Origin: a virus
Taxonomy: Duplodnaviria > Heunggongvirae > Uroviricota > Caudoviricetes
IMG/VR virus record: IMGVR_UViG_3300013800_000001
Coordinates: 86,065-99,376 of that record
DNA length: 13,312 nucleotides
Direction: 5' to 3' (one strand)
Both the position numbers and the translations under genes were made by a program. Numbering within the stretch: position 1 is the first letter of the stretch; every line of letters begins with the position of its first letter. Positions 12,638-13,312 of this stretch are shown in pieces. Under the pieces are notes generated by a model. It ran no database searches and was not told the origin of the DNA. It worked only from the letters and a program-made list of their open reading frames with translations.

Positions 12638-13312
12638 TTATTTCTTTTTAGTTAGTGTTGTATCTTTAAGACCATCATCAAGTGTCTTATAACTAGGATC
12701 AATCTTTCTCTTCTCCATAGCTACTTCAACAAAACCATTCGTATCATAGAAACAACGGACTAGCTTCCAAGGCTTAGGTCGGTAGATAGTGTAAAGGTTA
12801 TAATAGTTCTCGTTGCTATCCTTCGCTAGAGGGTCAAAATAGGCCAGTGTGACGTGATTTACAGGGTTGACATGGGTTGGGTCCTGCCAGTACCCCTGAC
12901 TGCCTGCATACGGGAATGTAGAGATAAATTGACCTCCCGGCTTCAATGTTCTCCATACTTCGTCCATGAAGCGAATAAAGCCACCTAGGAAGCGATAATC
13001 ACCTACATATGTATCTACTTCCTTCTCTGATACTATTCCCTTCTCCTGGAGCAAATCTAGAAGACCTGCAAGTCGTGGATCTGGTGAATCTGGGTTAATA
13101 TGTTCAATCAAGTGAGATGACATTACCACATCAGCTACCTCTGTAGGAATATTCCTCCAAGGGAACTGAGTAAGGTTTTGTACGACGTCTACTCCTCGCA
13201 TTTCACGGAAGTCTACACCAATAGCACCTGGGTGCTTGTTTTCTCCACATCCTAAATCTATATGTACTTTAGCTTTCTCTTTCCAGATATTAGCTATTTT
13301 TTCTTTTTTAAC
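12638..13312 (-). CDS. Class I SAM-dependent methyltransferase (type 11-like); 5' end outside the window
   Basis: The frame stays open upstream of the track's ATG (13201) to the window edge: VKKEKIANIWKEKAKVHIDLGCGENKHPGAIGVDFREM. This adds SAM-binding motif I (IDLGCG). Downstream motifs: SHLIEH, EVWRTLKPGG, QDPTH. Confidence 0.85.
   Translation of the reverse strand, partial: VKKEKIANIWKEKAKVHIDLGCGENKHPGAIGVDFREMRGVDVVQNLTQFPWRNIPTEVADVVMSSHLIEHINPDSPDPRLAGLLDLLQEKGIVSEKEVDTYVGDYRFLGGFIRFMDEVWRTLKPGGQFISTFPYAGSQGYWQDPTHVNPVNHVTLAYFDPLAKDSNENYYNLYTIYRPKPWKLVRCFYDTNGFVEVAMEKRKIDPSYKTLDDGLKDTTLTKKK

Noticed and set aside
1-13312. Stop-codon reassignment (code 15 or code 4)
   Set aside because: Genes tile the window almost completely in the standard code. 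TAG (4604) and TGA (2183, 11435) fall at sensible protein ends, and no ORF is fragmented.
1-13312. tRNA, rRNA, integrase or IS elements
   Set aside because: Intergenic gaps are too short (largest ~145 nt, occupied by the terminator and motif), and no such motifs were seen.

Overview
A gene-dense, entirely minus-strand virion-structure module, most likely from a short-tailed (podovirus-like) dsDNA phage or prophage. It reads in the standard genetic code, with TAA, TGA and TAG all used as stops. In transcription order (right to left) it encodes: a class I SAM-dependent methyltransferase (5'-truncated by the window); a GT-A-like glycosyltransferase; a small, very acidic protein; an intrinsic terminator; eight fibre/spike/decoration-like genes; a head-tail adaptor-like protein with an N-terminal extension; and a nozzle (P22 gp10/T7 gp12-like) protein that runs off the left edge and is absent from the ORF track. 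Three main observations stand out. (1) Three paralogous proteins carry about 45 copies of a ~20-aa acidic Val/Ser/Thr repeat; they have unrelated N-terminal heads but one shared, in-register C-terminal cap (N-x-Y-G-Y...P-[IM]-G), and two of the genes share a 49-bp block with one mismatch. (2) A 12-17-bp element (AGGACTTTGATA[TGCTT]) recurs at three gene junctions, 31-38 nt upstream of a start codon, and one copy follows the terminator directly. (3) A glycosyltransferase + methyltransferase pair sits next to these Ser/Thr-rich proteins, suggesting a phage-encoded virion glycosylation system. All family assignments are from motif recognition by eye; no database search was run.
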